DNA from: Candidatus Poribacteria bacterium
GTDB taxonomy: Bacteria; Poribacteria; WGA-4E; PCPOR2b
Direction of reading: 5' to 3'
Assembly (NCBI GenBank): GCA_965215015.1
Contig: OZ244042.1
Coordinates: 3,968,001-4,032,000, forward strand
DNA length: 64,000 nt
The position numbers and the translations under genes are program-made. Below are positions 28,428 through 39,918 of the stretch, in pieces. The notes under the pieces are model-generated. The model was not told the origin of the DNA and searched no databases. It saw nothing but the letters and a program-made list of their open reading frames with translations. Position 1 is the stretch's first letter. The number at the start of each line of letters is the position of its first letter.

Positions 28428-29261
28428 GTGTGTGTTCAACAACTAGTGAATCATGATCGCCTGTGCGTTCACACCGTAACAACTAAGCCGTGGTCAATTG
28501 AAAAAATCATCGAAAACTATCCAAAAGCTGGGGTGAAAGCGGTCTCTGTTTGGCGCGACCTCTTGGAAAATCGGGATGCGGCGAAAATTGGCGGTCAGAT
28601 TCGGGATACCGGAATGGAAATTGTTTCCCTCGTTCGCGGTGGGTTTTTCACCGGTAAAACCGAAACTGAAATCCAAGCTTCCCTTGACGACAACCGACGG
28701 GTAATTGATGAAGCTAGCGCGCTAGGAGCACCGATGGTTGTTCTAGTCTGTGGTGCGTTGCCCGGTCAATCAATTCCGAGATCACTTTCTCAGATTCAAA
28801 CCGGCTTGGAAACCCTCCTGCCTTACGCCGAAAAGCGCGGCGTGAAATTGGCAATTGAACCCCTCCACCCTATGTATGCAGATTCCCGATCTGCCATCTG
28901 CACCATGAAGACCGCCAATGAGTTTGCCGAGAGATTCGATTCTCCCTATATCGGTGTTGTAGTGGATGTCTTTCATCTGTGGTGGGATCCAGACTTGGAG
29001 AACGAATGCAAGCGTTGTGGCAAACACGGAAACCTGTTCGCTTTCCACATCTGCGACTGGAAGATGGATATGGAAGATATGCTTAATGACCGAGGATTGA
29101 TGGGTGAAGGGGTTATTAGGGTCCGGGAGATTCGTTCTTGGGTGGAGGCTGCTGGATTTAACGGTTTCCATGAAGTTGAGATTTTCTCCAACCGCTTGTG
29201 GGAGGGTGATCAGAAAGTGGTATTGGAACGCATCAAGCAGGCATATCTGGAATATGCTTGA
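28428..29261 (+). CDS. Sugar phosphate isomerase/epimerase (TIM barrel)
   Basis: LVRGGFF, LAIEPLHP, DVFHLWWD, HICDW, DRGLMGEG, EVEIFS. Confidence 0.9.
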   Translation: MCVQQLVNHDRLCVHTVTTKPWSIEKIIENYPKAGVKAVSVWRDLLENRDAAKIGGQIRDTGMEIVSLVRGGFFTGKTETEIQASLDDNRRVIDEASALGAPMVVLVCGALPGQSIPRSLSQIQTGLETLLPYAEKRGVKLAIEPLHPMYADSRSAICTMKTANEFAERFDSPYIGVVVDVFHLWWDPDLENECKRCGKHGNLFAFHICDWKMDMEDMLNDRGLMGEGVIRVREIRSWVEAAGFNGFHEVEIFSNRLWEGDQKVVLERIKQAYLEYA

Positions 29262-29542
29262 ACCTCAATATTTATGGAGAAAATCGAGTTGATATCGGAC
29301 AGATTGTTTTGTATTTCGTCGTGGTTTCATGTAAAGAGAAGTATAAAGTATTAAAGCATCCGCGAATTAACACGAATCTACGCAAATAAAAAAAGAAAGA
29401 CTAAAGACGGGCAACCACAAGGGTGCCCCTACAACCTGCCCAAAACCCGAAATGTTCGGGCGGGGGCTCTACACTGTTGCACGATTTCTTTACATGAGCG
29501 TCATCGTTATTACCCAATCCACGTTAAAATCTCCGGTAGACA

Positions 29543-30478
29543 ATGGAGGAAAAATCCACAATGACCGTTCGTGAGATTCAACAAACTGGACCTTATTGTT
29601 ATACCTACTCCCCATTCCACCCACCCATTGTAGAGGTGACGCCCGGCGAGATGGTCTGTATCCATACGGTAGATGCCTTTGAAAACAAGCTAACACCCGA
29701 AGTTGAGCACTTTTCGGATGTCTGTACCTATCCTTTCTTAAATCCGCAGACGGGTCCCATTCTGGTCGAAGGTGCCGAACCGGGGGATACACTTGTTGTC
29801 AAAATCCACACCATCGAACCTACGCGAGACTATGCGGTTACTGGAACGATACCGTACTTTGGAGGCCTGACCTCCACACGGTTGGATCCGATGCTTCAGG
29901 ACGCCCTAGAGGAACAGTGGCTTTTCCTGCCTCTTGAGGAATCTGGTATCCGCTTCGACGAAAAGCGGGTAATTCCCTACGAACCTTTCATGGGCACGAT
30001 GGGCGTCGCCCCGGAGATTGAAGCTGTTAATGCGTTGACGCCCGATTATTATGGCGGAAATATGGACTGCGTCGATACCTGTCCGGGAAACGAGGTCTGG
30101 TTTCCGGTGCTAGTGGAGGGGGCACACTTTTTTACCGGGGATGCACACGCGAGCCAAGGGGATGGAGAGCTCACCGGTGTTGCGCTCGAAATTCCAGCGA
30201 AAGTGACTGTGACCTTTGATTTGAAGAAAGGGTATTCGATCGGATGGCCCCGCATTGTGAGTGATGATTTTATTATGGTGGCTGGCAGTGCGAGGCCGTT
30301 AGATGCGGCAGCCCGCATCGCTTGGGTGGAGCTGATAGACTGGATGGTGGCAGATTATGGATTTGATCGGTTGAGAGCCTATCACTTCCTTGGGCAGGTT
30401 GGACAAATGCGGCTGGGTAATATGGTGGATCCGAAATTTACTATGGTTGCTAAATGTCCGCGGAAGTATTTGTCGTGA
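29543..30478 (+). CDS. Acetamidase/formamidase family protein
   Basis: [36 protein letters not shown]. Confidence 0.92.
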   Translation: MEEKSTMTVREIQQTGPYCYTYSPFHPPIVEVTPGEMVCIHTVDAFENKLTPEVEHFSDVCTYPFLNPQTGPILVEGAEPGDTLVVKIHTIEPTRDYAVTGTIPYFGGLTSTRLDPMLQDALEEQWLFLPLEESGIRFDEKRVIPYEPFMGTMGVAPEIEAVNALTPDYYGGNMDCVDTCPGNEVWFPVLVEGAHFFTGDAHASQGDGELTGVALEIPAKVTVTFDLKKGYSIGWPRIVSDDFIMVAGSARPLDAAARIAWVELIDWMVADYGFDRLRAYHFLGQVGQMRLGNMVDPKFTMVAKCPRKYLS

Positions 30479-30497
30479 GCGAAGGAGATTATCGAAT

Positions 30498-32030
30498 ATG
30501 CTTGCCAGAGTTTTGAGCAGTGCTGTAATGGGGATTGATGCTTATATTGTCGAGGTTGAGCTGGATATTTCCGACGGATTGCCCGCTTTCGCGACAGTAG
30601 GTCTGCCAGACAGTGCTGTCAAAGAGAGCCGAGAGCGTGTCACCGCTGCAATTAAGAATTCAGGGTTCTATTTTCCCCCCAGTCGAATTACGGCGAATCT
30701 CGCTCCTGCCGATGTTCGGAAAGAGGGGTCCGCGTTCGATTTGCCTATCGCGTTGGGGGTGATGGCAGCGACCGGACAGATTCAGACTGACAATTTTGAG
30801 CAGCTGCTGGTGTTGGGCGAATTAGCACTTGATGGAAGTATTCGGTCGGTGCACGGTTGTCTTCCGATGGCAGCCATTGCAAAAGAGAATCAACTCAAGG
30901 GGGTTATTCTACCGAAGGCAAATGCGAAGGAAGCAGCGGTTATTGATGATTTAGAGGTTTATCCAGTGGAGACGTTACAGGAGGTGGTCGAACACCTGAA
31001 CGGGCAAAGCACCCTCCCGCCCTTCCAATACGATATTCGGGAAGCATTTGACCAACATTCAGAGTATCCCGTTGATTTTGTCGATGTCAAAGGACAAGAA
31101 CATGTCAAACGAGCCATTGAAGTCGCCGCTGCGGGTGGGCATAATCTAATCATGATTGGTCCCCCTGGCTCCGGCAAGACCATGATTGCCAAACGCATCC
31201 CGACCATTCTGCCGGATATGACGCTGGAGGAAGCCCTTGAGACAACGAAGATTCATAGCATCATGGGGCTGCTCGGAAGCGATGTCCCATTGATTGCGAC
31301 ACGGCCTTATCGCTCTCCGCATCATACAATCTCCGATGCCGGCCTAATCGGTGGCGGCAAATTTCCTCGCCCCGGCGAGGTGAGTCTTTCCCATCATGGC
31401 GTTCTGTTTCTGGACGAATTGCCCGAATTCCGAAAGAATGTGCTGGAAGTGATGCGCCAACCACTTGAGGACGGACAGGTAGCAATTGCCCGCGCCGCTG
31501 CATCCTACACTTATCCCGCCAATTTCATGCTAGTTGCGGCGATGAATCCGTGTCCGTGCGGCTTTTTCGGTGATCCAAGCCGTGAATGTCGATGTTCGCG
31601 ACAGCAAATCCAAAATTACATTTCCCGCATTTCGGGCCCCTTGCTTGATCGAATAGATTTACAGGTGGAAGTGCCTGCTGTCAAGTACAAGGATTTGGCA
31701 AGTGACTTCGCGGGTGAACCTTCGGCGAGCATCCGTGAACGGGTACAGCGGGCGCGTCATATCCAGCAGAAACGCTTCACGCAGACGCAAATCTACTGCA
31801 ATGCTAATATGGAATCTCGCCACCTCCGCGAATTTTGCAAAGTTGAAGACGCCGCACAGGAGTTGCTGCGTGTTGCGATTACACAGTTGGGTTTGAGTGC
31901 TCGTGCTTATGACCGCATCTTGAAAGTTGCACGGACAATCGCTGACCTTGCAGCAAGCCCAACCATCGAAGCGGAGCATGTTTCAGAGGCGATTCAGTAT
32001 CGGAATTTGGACAGAAGTTTTTGGAATTAA
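30498..32030 (+). CDS. comM: YifB/ComM Mg-chelatase-like AAA+ ATPase
   Basis: [56 protein letters not shown]. Start ATG 30498 after AAGGAG. Confidence 0.93.
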   Translation: MLARVLSSAVMGIDAYIVEVELDISDGLPAFATVGLPDSAVKESRERVTAAIKNSGFYFPPSRITANLAPADVRKEGSAFDLPIALGVMAATGQIQTDNFEQLLVLGELALDGSIRSVHGCLPMAAIAKENQLKGVILPKANAKEAAVIDDLEVYPVETLQEVVEHLNGQSTLPPFQYDIREAFDQHSEYPVDFVDVKGQEHVKRAIEVAAAGGHNLIMIGPPGSGKTMIAKRIPTILPDMTLEEALETTKIHSIMGLLGSDVPLIATRPYRSPHHTISDAGLIGGGKFPRPGEVSLSHHGVLFLDELPEFRKNVLEVMRQPLEDGQVAIARAAASYTYPANFMLVAAMNPCPCGFFGDPSRECRCSRQQIQNYISRISGPLLDRIDLQVEVPAVKYKDLASDFAGEPSASIRERVQRARHIQQKRFTQTQIYCNANMESRHLREFCKVEDAAQELLRVAITQLGLSARAYDRILKVARTIADLAASPTIEAEHVSEAIQYRNLDRSFWN

Positions 32031-32053
32031 TAACAGGGGGAGCAGCCAAGCGG

Positions 32054-33238
32054 CTAGAACGCTGCCTCGAATAGGTCACACATATCCGTTTCGGTACAAG
32101 GGCGCGGATTGAATTTATAGCAATGGTCGAGCATGGCATCCTTTGCTATTTTCGGGATGCGTTCCCACTTCAAACCTGCGATACCCAATCCCTTCGGTAT
32201 CGAAAACTCCTCGTTCAATGATCGAATTTCAGCAATAGCAGCATCGGCGGCATTTGCCGTTGACATGGCTGATGTGTCAACGCCCAACGCTGCGGCAATG
32301 TCTGCGTAACCATTGACAGCATGAGATAAGTTAAATATCATTACTTCTGGCAGCAGGATTGCGTTGGCAATTCCGTGGGGGATATTGGCTTCCGTTGAAA
32401 GCTGATGTGCGAGCGAATGTACGGCACCCAACCCTTTCTGAAAGGAGAATGCTGCCATCGCGGAAGCGATTAGCATTTCGCCTCGCGCTGCAATATCGTT
32501 GCCGTGGTGATAGGCTTGACGGATGTTTTTACCGATTATCTTCAAAGCTTGCAGTGCTACTCCTTCTGCGATAGGGTGATACCGTGTCGCTACGTAAGCC
32601 TCAACGCCGTGTGTTACAGCGTCCATGCCTGTCGCTGCTGTTAAACCGGGAGGCATACCCACCGTCAATTCCGGATCGAGTAGTGCGAGAGACGCCATAT
32701 TATACGGCGTACTAATCGCCCGCTTCCGATGCCCTTCCGTTGTGCGTCCCGACGTATCGGTGATGATTGAACCCTGTGATACCTCGCTGCCGGTCCCCGC
32801 GGTCGTCGGTATGCAGATTAGTGCCGGAAGATTGCTGGTAATCCGATCAATGCCTCCCCCGTCAACATAGTAATTTTCTAAAGGTGGTTCGTGGGTTGTC
32901 AGAATACGAATTGCCTTGGCGGCATCCATGACGCTCCCACCGCCGATGGCAATCACCAGATCACAACCTTCGGCTTGATGAACGGCTAGCCCTTCGAGGA
33001 CGCTGAGATCCGTCGGGTTCGGTTGGACTGCGTCGAAAATGGCACAATCAATCTGTGCGTTCTCCAACGGTTCAACGGTTTTCGATAAAATGCCAGCGTT
33101 TGTTACCCCTTCGTCTGTGACGATGAGTGGCTTTTTTCCGTCGAAAGTGCGGACATATTCTCCTAAGTTTTTTATTGCCCCTGCACCAAATTGGATCGAT
33201 GGGGGCAAGAAGTAGCTTACGATTGGTTGTTGCGCCAT
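32054..33238 (-). CDS. Iron-containing alcohol dehydrogenase
   Basis: GGGSVMDAAK, PTTAGTGSE, GMDAVTH, HSLAH, HGIANA. Confidence 0.94.
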   Translation of the reverse strand: MAQQPIVSYFLPPSIQFGAGAIKNLGEYVRTFDGKKPLIVTDEGVTNAGILSKTVEPLENAQIDCAIFDAVQPNPTDLSVLEGLAVHQAEGCDLVIAIGGGSVMDAAKAIRILTTHEPPLENYYVDGGGIDRITSNLPALICIPTTAGTGSEVSQGSIITDTSGRTTEGHRKRAISTPYNMASLALLDPELTVGMPPGLTAATGMDAVTHGVEAYVATRYHPIAEGVALQALKIIGKNIRQAYHHGNDIAARGEMLIASAMAAFSFQKGLGAVHSLAHQLSTEANIPHGIANAILLPEVMIFNLSHAVNGYADIAAALGVDTSAMSTANAADAAIAEIRSLNEEFSIPKGLGIAGLKWERIPKIAKDAMLDHCYKFNPRPCTETDMCDLFEAAF

Positions 33239-33299
33239 TTTGTTCTCCGTTTCAGCTAAGATATAAGTACATGACTATGAGTTACTGTAACGCAAGTTG

Positions 33300-33550
33300 C
33301 TAGATTCTGTTGATATTTGGGTGTCGAGATATGAATCTCGGCCTACAGGCTATCTGCCGGTATTGGACCGAGCGGGAGGTTCGGGCAAGCTGCCCGATCT
33401 ACGGGCCTCTATGATGTTAGGTTTCACTTTACCAATCCTATAAAGGGATATTGTTGAAAAGGGTAGCTTCTTCTATTGTGTTTGATAGGGATCCACTTTT
33501 ACCGTTCAACCCAACTCCCTGCCAAGCTGTCAAATGTCAACATGCCCTAG
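33300..33550. mobile_element. MITE family B (CTAG-bounded imperfect TIRs) containing nested REPs
   Basis: ctagattctgttgatattt ... aaatgtcaacatgccctag (14/19 inverted); internal REPs at 33323-33346 and 33380-33402. Confidence 0.55.
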
Positions 33551-33679
33551 ATAGCCCAGAGGTTGAGTTTCCATGTTCGACACGTACTAAATGGTCCCAC
33601 TCACTCTCTGGATTTTTTCTAATTTGTTGCTGGAGACAGTGCTTCTCGTACCATGTTTATAACGTTCTTCCTTTAATCT

Positions 33680-34765
33680 TTATTCCTTTAAGCTAGAAAT
33701 TGGTATCCAGAGCCCTCCAGTGCCTTGTACCAGCAGCTTTTGAAAAGGTTCATCGCGTCCAATAATGTTGACGCTGATTTTCTGAGATTTTAATCTTCTC
33801 AATACTTTTTTCGGTGAATATGAACCACTTACATATTCATCTGTGACTAATATGAATCGTCGCTCTGCGCCTTTGCGAAATTTTACCTTGGCTGCTGCTT
33901 GGACGAGTGCATCCAATGCCTTTTCTCCACCTCGGCAATGTATGGCGGCCAGTTTCTTTTTAATCTCTTCAATCGAGGTGGTTTGAGGCGTTACCTGAAA
34001 GTCCCAACCCAGCAAGGAAAAACTCGTACCATCTCGAAACGCAACCAATCCAACGGTGAAATCTAAGCCTGCCGTTTTGAGAAGATCCGTCATCTGGTTC
34101 AGATGATTACGCACTGCGTCAATGTCATTCCGCATACTTTTGCTAGCGTCAATAACAAACACGATATCAAGGGTATCACCCTTGCGCGTTTTTAGGAGGT
34201 GATGGCCAATTTTGACAAGTGCCACGTCCGGTTGCGTCAAATGGCTAACCTCAGAAAGTATTGTCTGAGTTTCTAGACCAAGTGAACCCCGCGGCTGAGC
34301 GATCTGATTGCTGCGGATCAATCCGTTACCAGACCACCCCTTCCTCCGCGAGGCACCCCGGTTGGATTGACCGAAGGAAGTATCGTCAACGGAGACTGAT
34401 GCTGTCGCTAGCGGGATGGATTCTTCCGTCAACATTGAAAATAATTGTTCGTTCGGCAGATTATACGATGTGGATGCGGTGATTTCCGGACGAGGCGGGC
34501 TAAGCACTGGATTGCTTGTGATGATTGACTGAGACGGAGGGGCTGAAACATTAGAAGATGGAAAAATATGTAGCGGACGCTGCAATCTTCTGGGCACCTG
34601 TTGTCGAGGCTGTGAGATAAGTTCAACTTGGACAAATAATTCGTCCTTCGCCGGTTGCGACTCCCTCAGAATAGCACTCAACATTACCATGCAAATAATA
34701 TGCAGTATCAGTGAAAATAGAAGGGCTTTCGATAGTTTTCGTCTTCCTTGTGTACGCTGTTTCAT
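33680..34765 (-). CDS. Membrane-anchored vWA domain protein
   Basis: N-terminal TM with SLILH, Pro/Ser-rich linker, MIDAS DASKSM, GGEKALDAL, LVTDE. Confidence 0.85.
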   Translation of the reverse strand: MKQRTQGRRKLSKALLFSLILHIICMVMLSAILRESQPAKDELFVQVELISQPRQQVPRRLQRPLHIFPSSNVSAPPSQSIITSNPVLSPPRPEITASTSYNLPNEQLFSMLTEESIPLATASVSVDDTSFGQSNRGASRRKGWSGNGLIRSNQIAQPRGSLGLETQTILSEVSHLTQPDVALVKIGHHLLKTRKGDTLDIVFVIDASKSMRNDIDAVRNHLNQMTDLLKTAGLDFTVGLVAFRDGTSFSLLGWDFQVTPQTTSIEEIKKKLAAIHCRGGEKALDALVQAAAKVKFRKGAERRFILVTDEYVSGSYSPKKVLRRLKSQKISVNIIGRDEPFQKLLVQGTGGLWIPISSLKE

Positions 34766-34957
34766 CTGATTACACCCTTTTGGCTTCTTAATCCGGCATT
34801 CTCGTCCTCAACTTTACCATGCACCCCACTGCTCCGTCAAGTTCAAAGAAAAACTCTTACAAACTCCTCCCCTTGATCTAGAGCAGAGCGAATTTCTAAC
34901 AATTCAACATATTGAATCTTGAGAGAATGGGAACAATCGAAGGTATCCCACTCTGCC

Positions 34958-36103
34958 TTATGGTCCTTCTTCGTCGAAACGACGCAGGTGTCGGGCAGGA
35001 AATTCTTGATACGGATATTTCGCCAGTGCTGCTTCGTCAAGTGATAGTCCTAACCCGGGGGCAGTGGGTAGCTGGATGTAACCGTTTTCAACTTTAATCG
35101 GGGGCACCGAAATTTCATTCCCACGTTCTGTGAAGTTGACAAAGTATTCGGTGATGAGAAAGTTGGGCATCACCGCGCAGACCTGTACCGTTGCTGCCAA
35201 CCCAACCGTTGTGCTGTTGTAGTTGTGCGGCGACATGATGACAAAATACGGTTCCGCCATCGCTGCAATCTCTTTGAGTTCTAAAATGCCGCCACAGTTA
35301 CAGACATCCGGGTTAAGAATGTCTGCGGCATTCTTGTCGAAAACCTCGCGGAATTCTGCTTTTGTATAGAGTTCTTCACCGGTGACAACTGGCAAATTAA
35401 TAGCGTGGCGGACTTCTGCCAAGGCGTCCAAATTTCGGGCAGAGACGGGCTCCTCGTACCAGAATGGTTGAAATTCTTCCATCATTTTAGCGAGGCGAAT
35501 AGCGTGAATCGGCGCAAGTCGACGATGGATTTCGACTAGTAGGTCAATATCAGGACCGACAGCTTCGCGTACCGCTCGCACACACGCAACAGCTTCACGT
35601 TCATCGGCCCGGCTGATGTGCGTTCTCCATGGATTAGGAAGTGGATCGAACTTCATTGCAGTGAAGCCCTGTTCGACCAATTGTACAGCACGTTCAGCGC
35701 GTTCCTCGATTGTGCTGCCGCCCCAACCGTTGGCGTAGACCCGAATTTTGTCCCGACATGGACCGCCCAATAGGTTATAGACGGGTGTGTTCAGCACCTT
35801 CCCTGCAATGTCCCATAAGGCGTGCTCGATTCCACTGATTGCACAATAGAATTCCATTGACCCACGCTTTCCTGCAAAATCGTGATACGCCATAAAGGTA
35901 AAATGTTTAATGTTGAAAGGGTTCCGTCCGACGAGGTAACGCCCAAGCTGATGCAGATGGATTTCGATGGTGCGGTCACGATCGGCTTGCGTGTAGCATT
36001 CGCCCCAACCGTGGATGCCTTCATCCGTTTCCACCTTGACGAACAGCCAGTTTTTACCGCTACCGGGATGGATGAGGAATGTTTGAACATTTGTGACTTT
36101 CAT
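34958..36103 (-). CDS. Mandelate racemase/galactonate dehydratase-like enzyme
   Basis: NWLFVKVETDEG, SGIEHALWDIAGK, YANGW, KFD, EIH, YEEP, TGE, PHN. Confidence 0.92.
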   Translation of the reverse strand: MKVTNVQTFLIHPGSGKNWLFVKVETDEGIHGWGECYTQADRDRTIEIHLHQLGRYLVGRNPFNIKHFTFMAYHDFAGKRGSMEFYCAISGIEHALWDIAGKVLNTPVYNLLGGPCRDKIRVYANGWGGSTIEERAERAVQLVEQGFTAMKFDPLPNPWRTHISRADEREAVACVRAVREAVGPDIDLLVEIHRRLAPIHAIRLAKMMEEFQPFWYEEPVSARNLDALAEVRHAINLPVVTGEELYTKAEFREVFDKNAADILNPDVCNCGGILELKEIAAMAEPYFVIMSPHNYNSTTVGLAATVQVCAVMPNFLITEYFVNFTERGNEISVPPIKVENGYIQLPTAPGLGLSLDEAALAKYPYQEFPARHLRRFDEEGP

Positions 36104-36218
36104 TTGATTATTTCTCCTTATCGCAAACTAAACAGAGAAGAACCGCAGCCTCCACAACTGATTTAATACTCACAACCATCGATTCGGAGCGGAGAATATG
36201 CCGTGAGTTACCTTTTTA

Positions 36219-38567
36219 TTAATCATTAACCTGTACATTATACGGCATTACCAAAAAGGTCCGGTGCGCCATGATTGCCTCTGCAAGTGTGGGATATCTC
36301 CAACTCGTTGGAGAACGCATCAATTGTGCTGCCTGAAAGGCCCCCAGCCACCGTTCCCATGCCCCCGGCCTTGGCAATCGAATGAGTTGTACCTCTTTTC
36401 GGGCTAGCCCTGCCCTTTTTCGAGCGATTGAGATGGCAAGATTTAATCCGCCGAGCTCATCAACCAGTCCAATCTCCTTTGCCTGTTTACCTGTCCAGAT
36501 TCGCCCCCGCCCAATCTGATCGACTGCTTCCTTTGTCATACCCCGCCCTTCTGCTACCTTGCCGATAAAATCCTCATAAATCTCTTTAATCTGAGCGTGA
36601 ATAATCTCGCGTTCCTCCAGCGGATAATCGCCGTAATCGGTGTAAAAATCGGCGTGTTTCCCGCGTTTGATGATTTCTTTGTGCAGTCCAATTTTATTGT
36701 ACAACCCTTTGAGACTATACTTGCCAGAAACGACGCCGATTGAGCCGGTGATAGTACCGGGCTCGGCAACGATAACATCCGCAGGCGCAGCGATATAGTA
36801 TCCTCCAGATCCAGCAACATCTCCCATAGAAACGATCAACGGCTTAACCTTTTTGAGCCGCATCAGCTCGCGCCAGATTGTGTCTGCAGCGATAACCAAC
36901 CCTCCACCGCTGTCAATTCGTAGCACAACTGCTTTGACCGATGAATCTCTACGGACATTTCGGATGGCGCGAGTGATTGTGGTGGATCCCATCGTTTTTG
37001 TTCCAGTGAACGGATCTGTAAAACTTTCACCCGTCATCATCATGCCTTCTGCTTCGATAACCGCGATCTTCGGCAGAGGAACTTCCCAGTCATGTTCATA
37101 TTCAATGATGTCCAGATATTGACGTGCCTTGACTAAACGGCAGTCTTTCCCGGTGAGGTCTTTGGCGATTCCTTTGAGTTCATCGCGATAGGCAAGTTGA
37201 TCAACGATGCCGTGGGCCAATGCCTGTTTCGCTGTGAATGGACCTTCATCAATCAGGCGTTTCACATCATCTTGTGTCCAGCTCCGTCTATCCGCAATTG
37301 ATTGGGTTAACTGATCATAGAGATCGTCAAGGATTGCGTTTTGCACTTTACGATGCGCCTCTGACATCTCCTTTCGTGTGAAAAGATCTGACGCCGATTT
37401 GTACTCACCGATATGCTCAAGATTCGCCCGGATACCGAGTTTGTCCAGTACCCCTTTGTAAAACGAAATCTCCGAACGCAATCCCACCAAACGTACCTCA
37501 CCAGATGGGTGCAGCACAATCCAATCGCAAACGGATGCGAGTAGATAGTTACCTGTTGAACAGTTTGTCATATAGCCAACAACTTTCTTACCACTCGCCT
37601 TAAAATCCGAGACAGCATCACGAATCTCTTGCAAACGACCGATACTGTAGGGACTCCCCCCAATCTTGATCAGTGCACCTGCGACCTCCCGATCCTGTTT
37701 GGCGATCTTGAGTGTTCTTTCAATCTCATCCATTTGCACGTCTAAGAAGGCGTTGCGACGGATGTGTCGAGTTGTATGAAATGCCTGAGAAAGAGACACA
37801 TATCCCACGCTTCGCTGGTACTCCTGATTTTCGTCGAAATGATTATACATTCCCAGCCCAAACTGCCGGAAATTAATCCCGAAACGGATGTCAAAGCTGG
37901 TATCGTCGTTCAGGCTCCCGCGCAATGTCATCCAACGAAAGGGGTGCACCTCAACCGCAAAATTGAAATCCAATCCCTTCACCTTTTCGACTTTATGGGC
38001 ATCAATTGAAAGGGTTATACGGGATGTACTGGGTCGAATCGCAACCCCGAAGTCGTAGGTTCGCCCTAATTTTCTCTCCCGGAAACGGGGGCGATTGAGG
38101 TCTCGTGCAACGATACCCGCTGAGAGGTATCGCCGACGAAACATTAATCCCAACGACCATGACGTGAGTTTGTCGTAAGCCTCGTCATCAGAATTAACCC
38201 AACTATATCCGGTTCCCCAATAAATCGAGGGTCCGATGCCGCTGCCACTAGAGAGTGTATATCTATTAAAATTGATTCCATCTTCGCCGGTGGCAAACTC
38301 CATACCGAATCCCGCCTTTGCTGCAGAAAAAAAGAAGGCATCATCAACCTCAAAATCGCTTTCAGAGGCGCGTAGATAGTATAGATTGAGGTTCCGCTGC
38401 CTAGCACCTAAACCCGCGGGATTAAAAAAGGTGGCAAGTGCATCATCACTAACAGCAACAGAGTTAGAGGGCAGAGGAGTATTGACTTTAGGTGAATCCG
38501 CAGCAGTAAACTGGCAAGTAATCAGAATCGAAAGGATAGTACAGCAAAACAGGTGTATTTTATTCAA
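36219..38567 (-). CDS. sppA: Signal peptide peptidase SppA (S49, two-domain) with an extra N-terminal beta-rich domain
   Basis: GEYKSA (Lys), LRIDSGGG, SMGDVAGSGGYYIA (Ser), TGSIGV, GRIWTG; N-terminal FFNPAGL followed by beta-strands. Confidence 0.9.
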   Translation of the reverse strand: MNKIHLFCCTILSILITCQFTAADSPKVNTPLPSNSVAVSDDALATFFNPAGLGARQRNLNLYYLRASESDFEVDDAFFFSAAKAGFGMEFATGEDGINFNRYTLSSGSGIGPSIYWGTGYSWVNSDDEAYDKLTSWSLGLMFRRRYLSAGIVARDLNRPRFRERKLGRTYDFGVAIRPSTSRITLSIDAHKVEKVKGLDFNFAVEVHPFRWMTLRGSLNDDTSFDIRFGINFRQFGLGMYNHFDENQEYQRSVGYVSLSQAFHTTRHIRRNAFLDVQMDEIERTLKIAKQDREVAGALIKIGGSPYSIGRLQEIRDAVSDFKASGKKVVGYMTNCSTGNYLLASVCDWIVLHPSGEVRLVGLRSEISFYKGVLDKLGIRANLEHIGEYKSASDLFTRKEMSEAHRKVQNAILDDLYDQLTQSIADRRSWTQDDVKRLIDEGPFTAKQALAHGIVDQLAYRDELKGIAKDLTGKDCRLVKARQYLDIIEYEHDWEVPLPKIAVIEAEGMMMTGESFTDPFTGTKTMGSTTITRAIRNVRRDSSVKAVVLRIDSGGGLVIAADTIWRELMRLKKVKPLIVSMGDVAGSGGYYIAAPADVIVAEPGTITGSIGVVSGKYSLKGLYNKIGLHKEIIKRGKHADFYTDYGDYPLEEREIIHAQIKEIYEDFIGKVAEGRGMTKEAVDQIGRGRIWTGKQAKEIGLVDELGGLNLAISIARKRAGLARKEVQLIRLPRPGAWERWLGAFQAAQLMRSPTSWRYPTLAEAIMAHRTFLVMPYNVQVND

Positions 38568-38669
38568 ATGAATGTTCCTTGTAATGGATGTGTCCTAACA
38601 CATAATCAACTTCAGCGTTAAAATAGGTGCTAGGTTCGATAAGGTGAAGTTGCAAGCCCCTCCTCTATC

Positions 38670-39446
38670 TCAAGTGTTCCCATGCGCCAGAAATCCGCCA
38701 TCTACTGTCAGGCATGTGCCGTTGACATAATCCCCCATTGGTGAACAGAGAAAAACAACCGCCTGCGCGATGTCGTTTGGCACGCCGATTCGACGACTCG
38801 GAATTGACGCTAGAGCGTCGTCACCGTATCCCCGTTGTGCCCGCTCACCTTCTCGCTCCGGAGGCAACTCGCGGCTATCGATCCAACCCGGCGCAATGGC
38901 ATTCGCCGTGATGCCCGCCCCTGCCAAATCCCGCGCCGCACTCATCATCAAGCGAATAACACCCGCTTTTGCAACGCCGTAGGCGGTATCTTCTTCCCAA
39001 ACCCGAACGGAATGTATGGATGAGATACTGACAATTCGTCCGCCTGACTTTTGATTAATCATCTCTTTTGCGGCGCGTTGGCTGCACAGGAAGTATCCCT
39101 TCAAGCTCACTGCCATCGTGCGATCCCAGACCTCCTCGCTGATTTCCAGAAACGGCATATTTTCCGACCAATACGGATTATTTACCAAGATATCAATCCG
39201 ACCATGTTCAGCGAGAAATTCGTCGAATAGAGCGTTCACCGAATCGGTGTTACTGATGTCGGCAACCGTAAAGGTGCATTTGCGTCCTATTTCGCCGATG
39301 AGTCCAATTGTCAGGTCTGCGGATTCATCGTGTTCAATATCGTTGAGTCCAATATCGCAACCGTTTTGCGCTAACGCGAGGGCGATTCCTCGTCCAATCC
39401 CGCGTCGTGAGCCGGTAATAAGTGCCTTTTTGCCTTCTAGCAGCAT
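38670..39446 (-). CDS. Short-chain dehydrogenase/reductase
   Basis: TGSRRGIG, YGVAK (YxxxK), NAIAPG, VDGG. Confidence 0.93.
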   Translation of the reverse strand: MLLEGKKALITGSRRGIGRGIALALAQNGCDIGLNDIEHDESADLTIGLIGEIGRKCTFTVADISNTDSVNALFDEFLAEHGRIDILVNNPYWSENMPFLEISEEVWDRTMAVSLKGYFLCSQRAAKEMINQKSGGRIVSISSIHSVRVWEEDTAYGVAKAGVIRLMMSAARDLAGAGITANAIAPGWIDSRELPPEREGERAQRGYGDDALASIPSRRIGVPNDIAQAVVFLCSPMGDYVNGTCLTVDGGFLAHGNT

Positions 39447-39508
39447 ATTGAATTCTCCTATGAATTTATCTTATCTTGCTGACAAGATCCCTTCAAATAC
39501 CCGGAATA

Positions 39509-39824
39509 TCACGCAACTGTATAAGGTAAATTGAACCCCTCCGGACTCTTGCGCAATGTTCCGGGCAAATTGAGCCAGGATTGTAGCACTAAGCCGTTGT
39601 GTGCGTCGGCAAAGGTTGTGTCCAATTCAATCACGCGCTTAAAATGCAGCGGTGCGACAGAAAAATCCCCTTTATAATAAGCTGCCCATCCCTCGCTGTG
39701 TTCTTTTTCGGACAGTTGCGGGGTTAATTTCTGGGTTGTCTGAGCAGCGGCAGACTACCATCAGACAAAGTATCAAAATTAGGTTAATCCAATACTTCAG
39801 TTGAGGGATGCAAAGGTGAGACAT
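39509..39824 (-). pseudogene. Frameshifted, truncated TPR (lipo)protein
   Basis: Signal-like YWINLILILCLMVVCRCSD in one frame; TPR-like EGWAAYYKGDFSVAPLHFKRVIELDTTFADAHNG in another; cut off by a ~50-bp element at ~39543-39595. Confidence 0.6.
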
Positions 39825-39889
39825 GAAATGTGAAACCGATTTATTCATTTATCGCGGGCATAAACCTTCAATGCCTAGCAACTTGGGTT

Positions 39890-39918
39890 AGAATAGCATT
39901 CTCCAGATTGATTGTCAA
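39890..39918 (-). promoter_or_regulatory. sigma70 promoter
   Basis: TTGACA-N17-TATTCT with extended -10 TG. Confidence 0.6.
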
